In this document: piece after piece, positions 63,367 through 64,000 of the stretch
Position numbering within the stretch: the stretch's first letter is position 1
Layout: each line of letters starts with the position of its first letter
NCBI GenBank assembly: GCA_964016885.1
Contig: OZ024751.1
Location: 37,510,001-37,574,000 of the forward strand
Source: Eledone cirrhosa
Lineage: Eukaryota
DNA: 64,000 nt
Direction of reading: 5' to 3'
Program-made: the position numbers and the translations under genes
The notes under the pieces: model-generated
Told to the model about the DNA's origin: nothing
What the model saw: the letters and a program-made list of their open reading frames with translations, nothing else
Database searches by the model: none

Positions 63367-64000
63367 TGGATGTCTAGTAAAATAACATTAAGCAATCATA
63401 TTCGGCTGAAGCAAACATACAAATTATACAGTGTGGAGATAATATAAACTATTGGAATGTTTACTGTAATTTTCAATGCAAACATTGAAATAGAAATACA
63501 TAGCTTGAATTTTATAATACATATTGAAAGATTGTTAAATATATTGTTTGGCTTTCGAAAAGAAATAACAACAGCTATTTTGATAAATTAGGAATCTAGT
63601 TTCTGATTATCAATCAATAATTAAGAAAAAATTATACATAAATATATATATAAATAAATATATAAAATAAATTCAAGAAAATGGATTGTTTTTCTACCAT
63701 ATAAAAACGAAACTGTCTTGTTTACAGCGCTAAAACATTTTAGCAAAAATAAAATTAATAAAATAATAACATAAAATAAAAAAATAAAGCAATGAAATTA
63801 TAAACACGGTGTTAGTTTCTACGTGTTTGAAGCATTGTTAGGCAGCCATTTTAAGTATCGTCTGCATTGACAGCATGGAGCAGCCTGCTAGGAATGGCAC
63901 AAAATACAGCTATTTATACTGAATCTTGTTTATCTCCATGTCCTTTTGTAGCGACTGGCTTACATAGAAATAACTTTGTCTGACATGCGTGATATATTGG

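Overview
AT-rich eukaryotic non-coding DNA (intronic or intergenic), most likely from a coleoid cephalopod such as Octopus; this is inferred from the SINE families and the extreme (TA)n load. No protein-coding gene can be firmly supported, and almost all long ORFs in the track are microsatellite artefacts. The window holds: many tRNA-derived SINEs of two main families; a decayed RTE-clade LINE 3' end; an RTE-derived non-autonomous element; a non-autonomous Helitron; MITE-like and foldback elements; and large micro/minisatellites, including a ~9.8 kb complex (TA) array. The most interesting signal is a recurrent class of 150-260 bp elements embedded in (TA)n tracts. They share one architecture across unrelated sequence families: an inverted 5' arm forming a long hairpin, a whole or partial minimal hammerhead-ribozyme core (CUGAnGA...GAAAC-loop-GUH), a conserved ACTC...GAGTAC stem-loop and a short 3' tail. 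They are interpreted as microsatellite-targeted Penelope-like or retrozyme-like retroelement ends. Several SINE insertions also record unusual reverse-transcription events: a 13x reiterated head, and a 20-nt segment copied from a site 1.5 kb away. All coordinates were read by eye and no searches were run.
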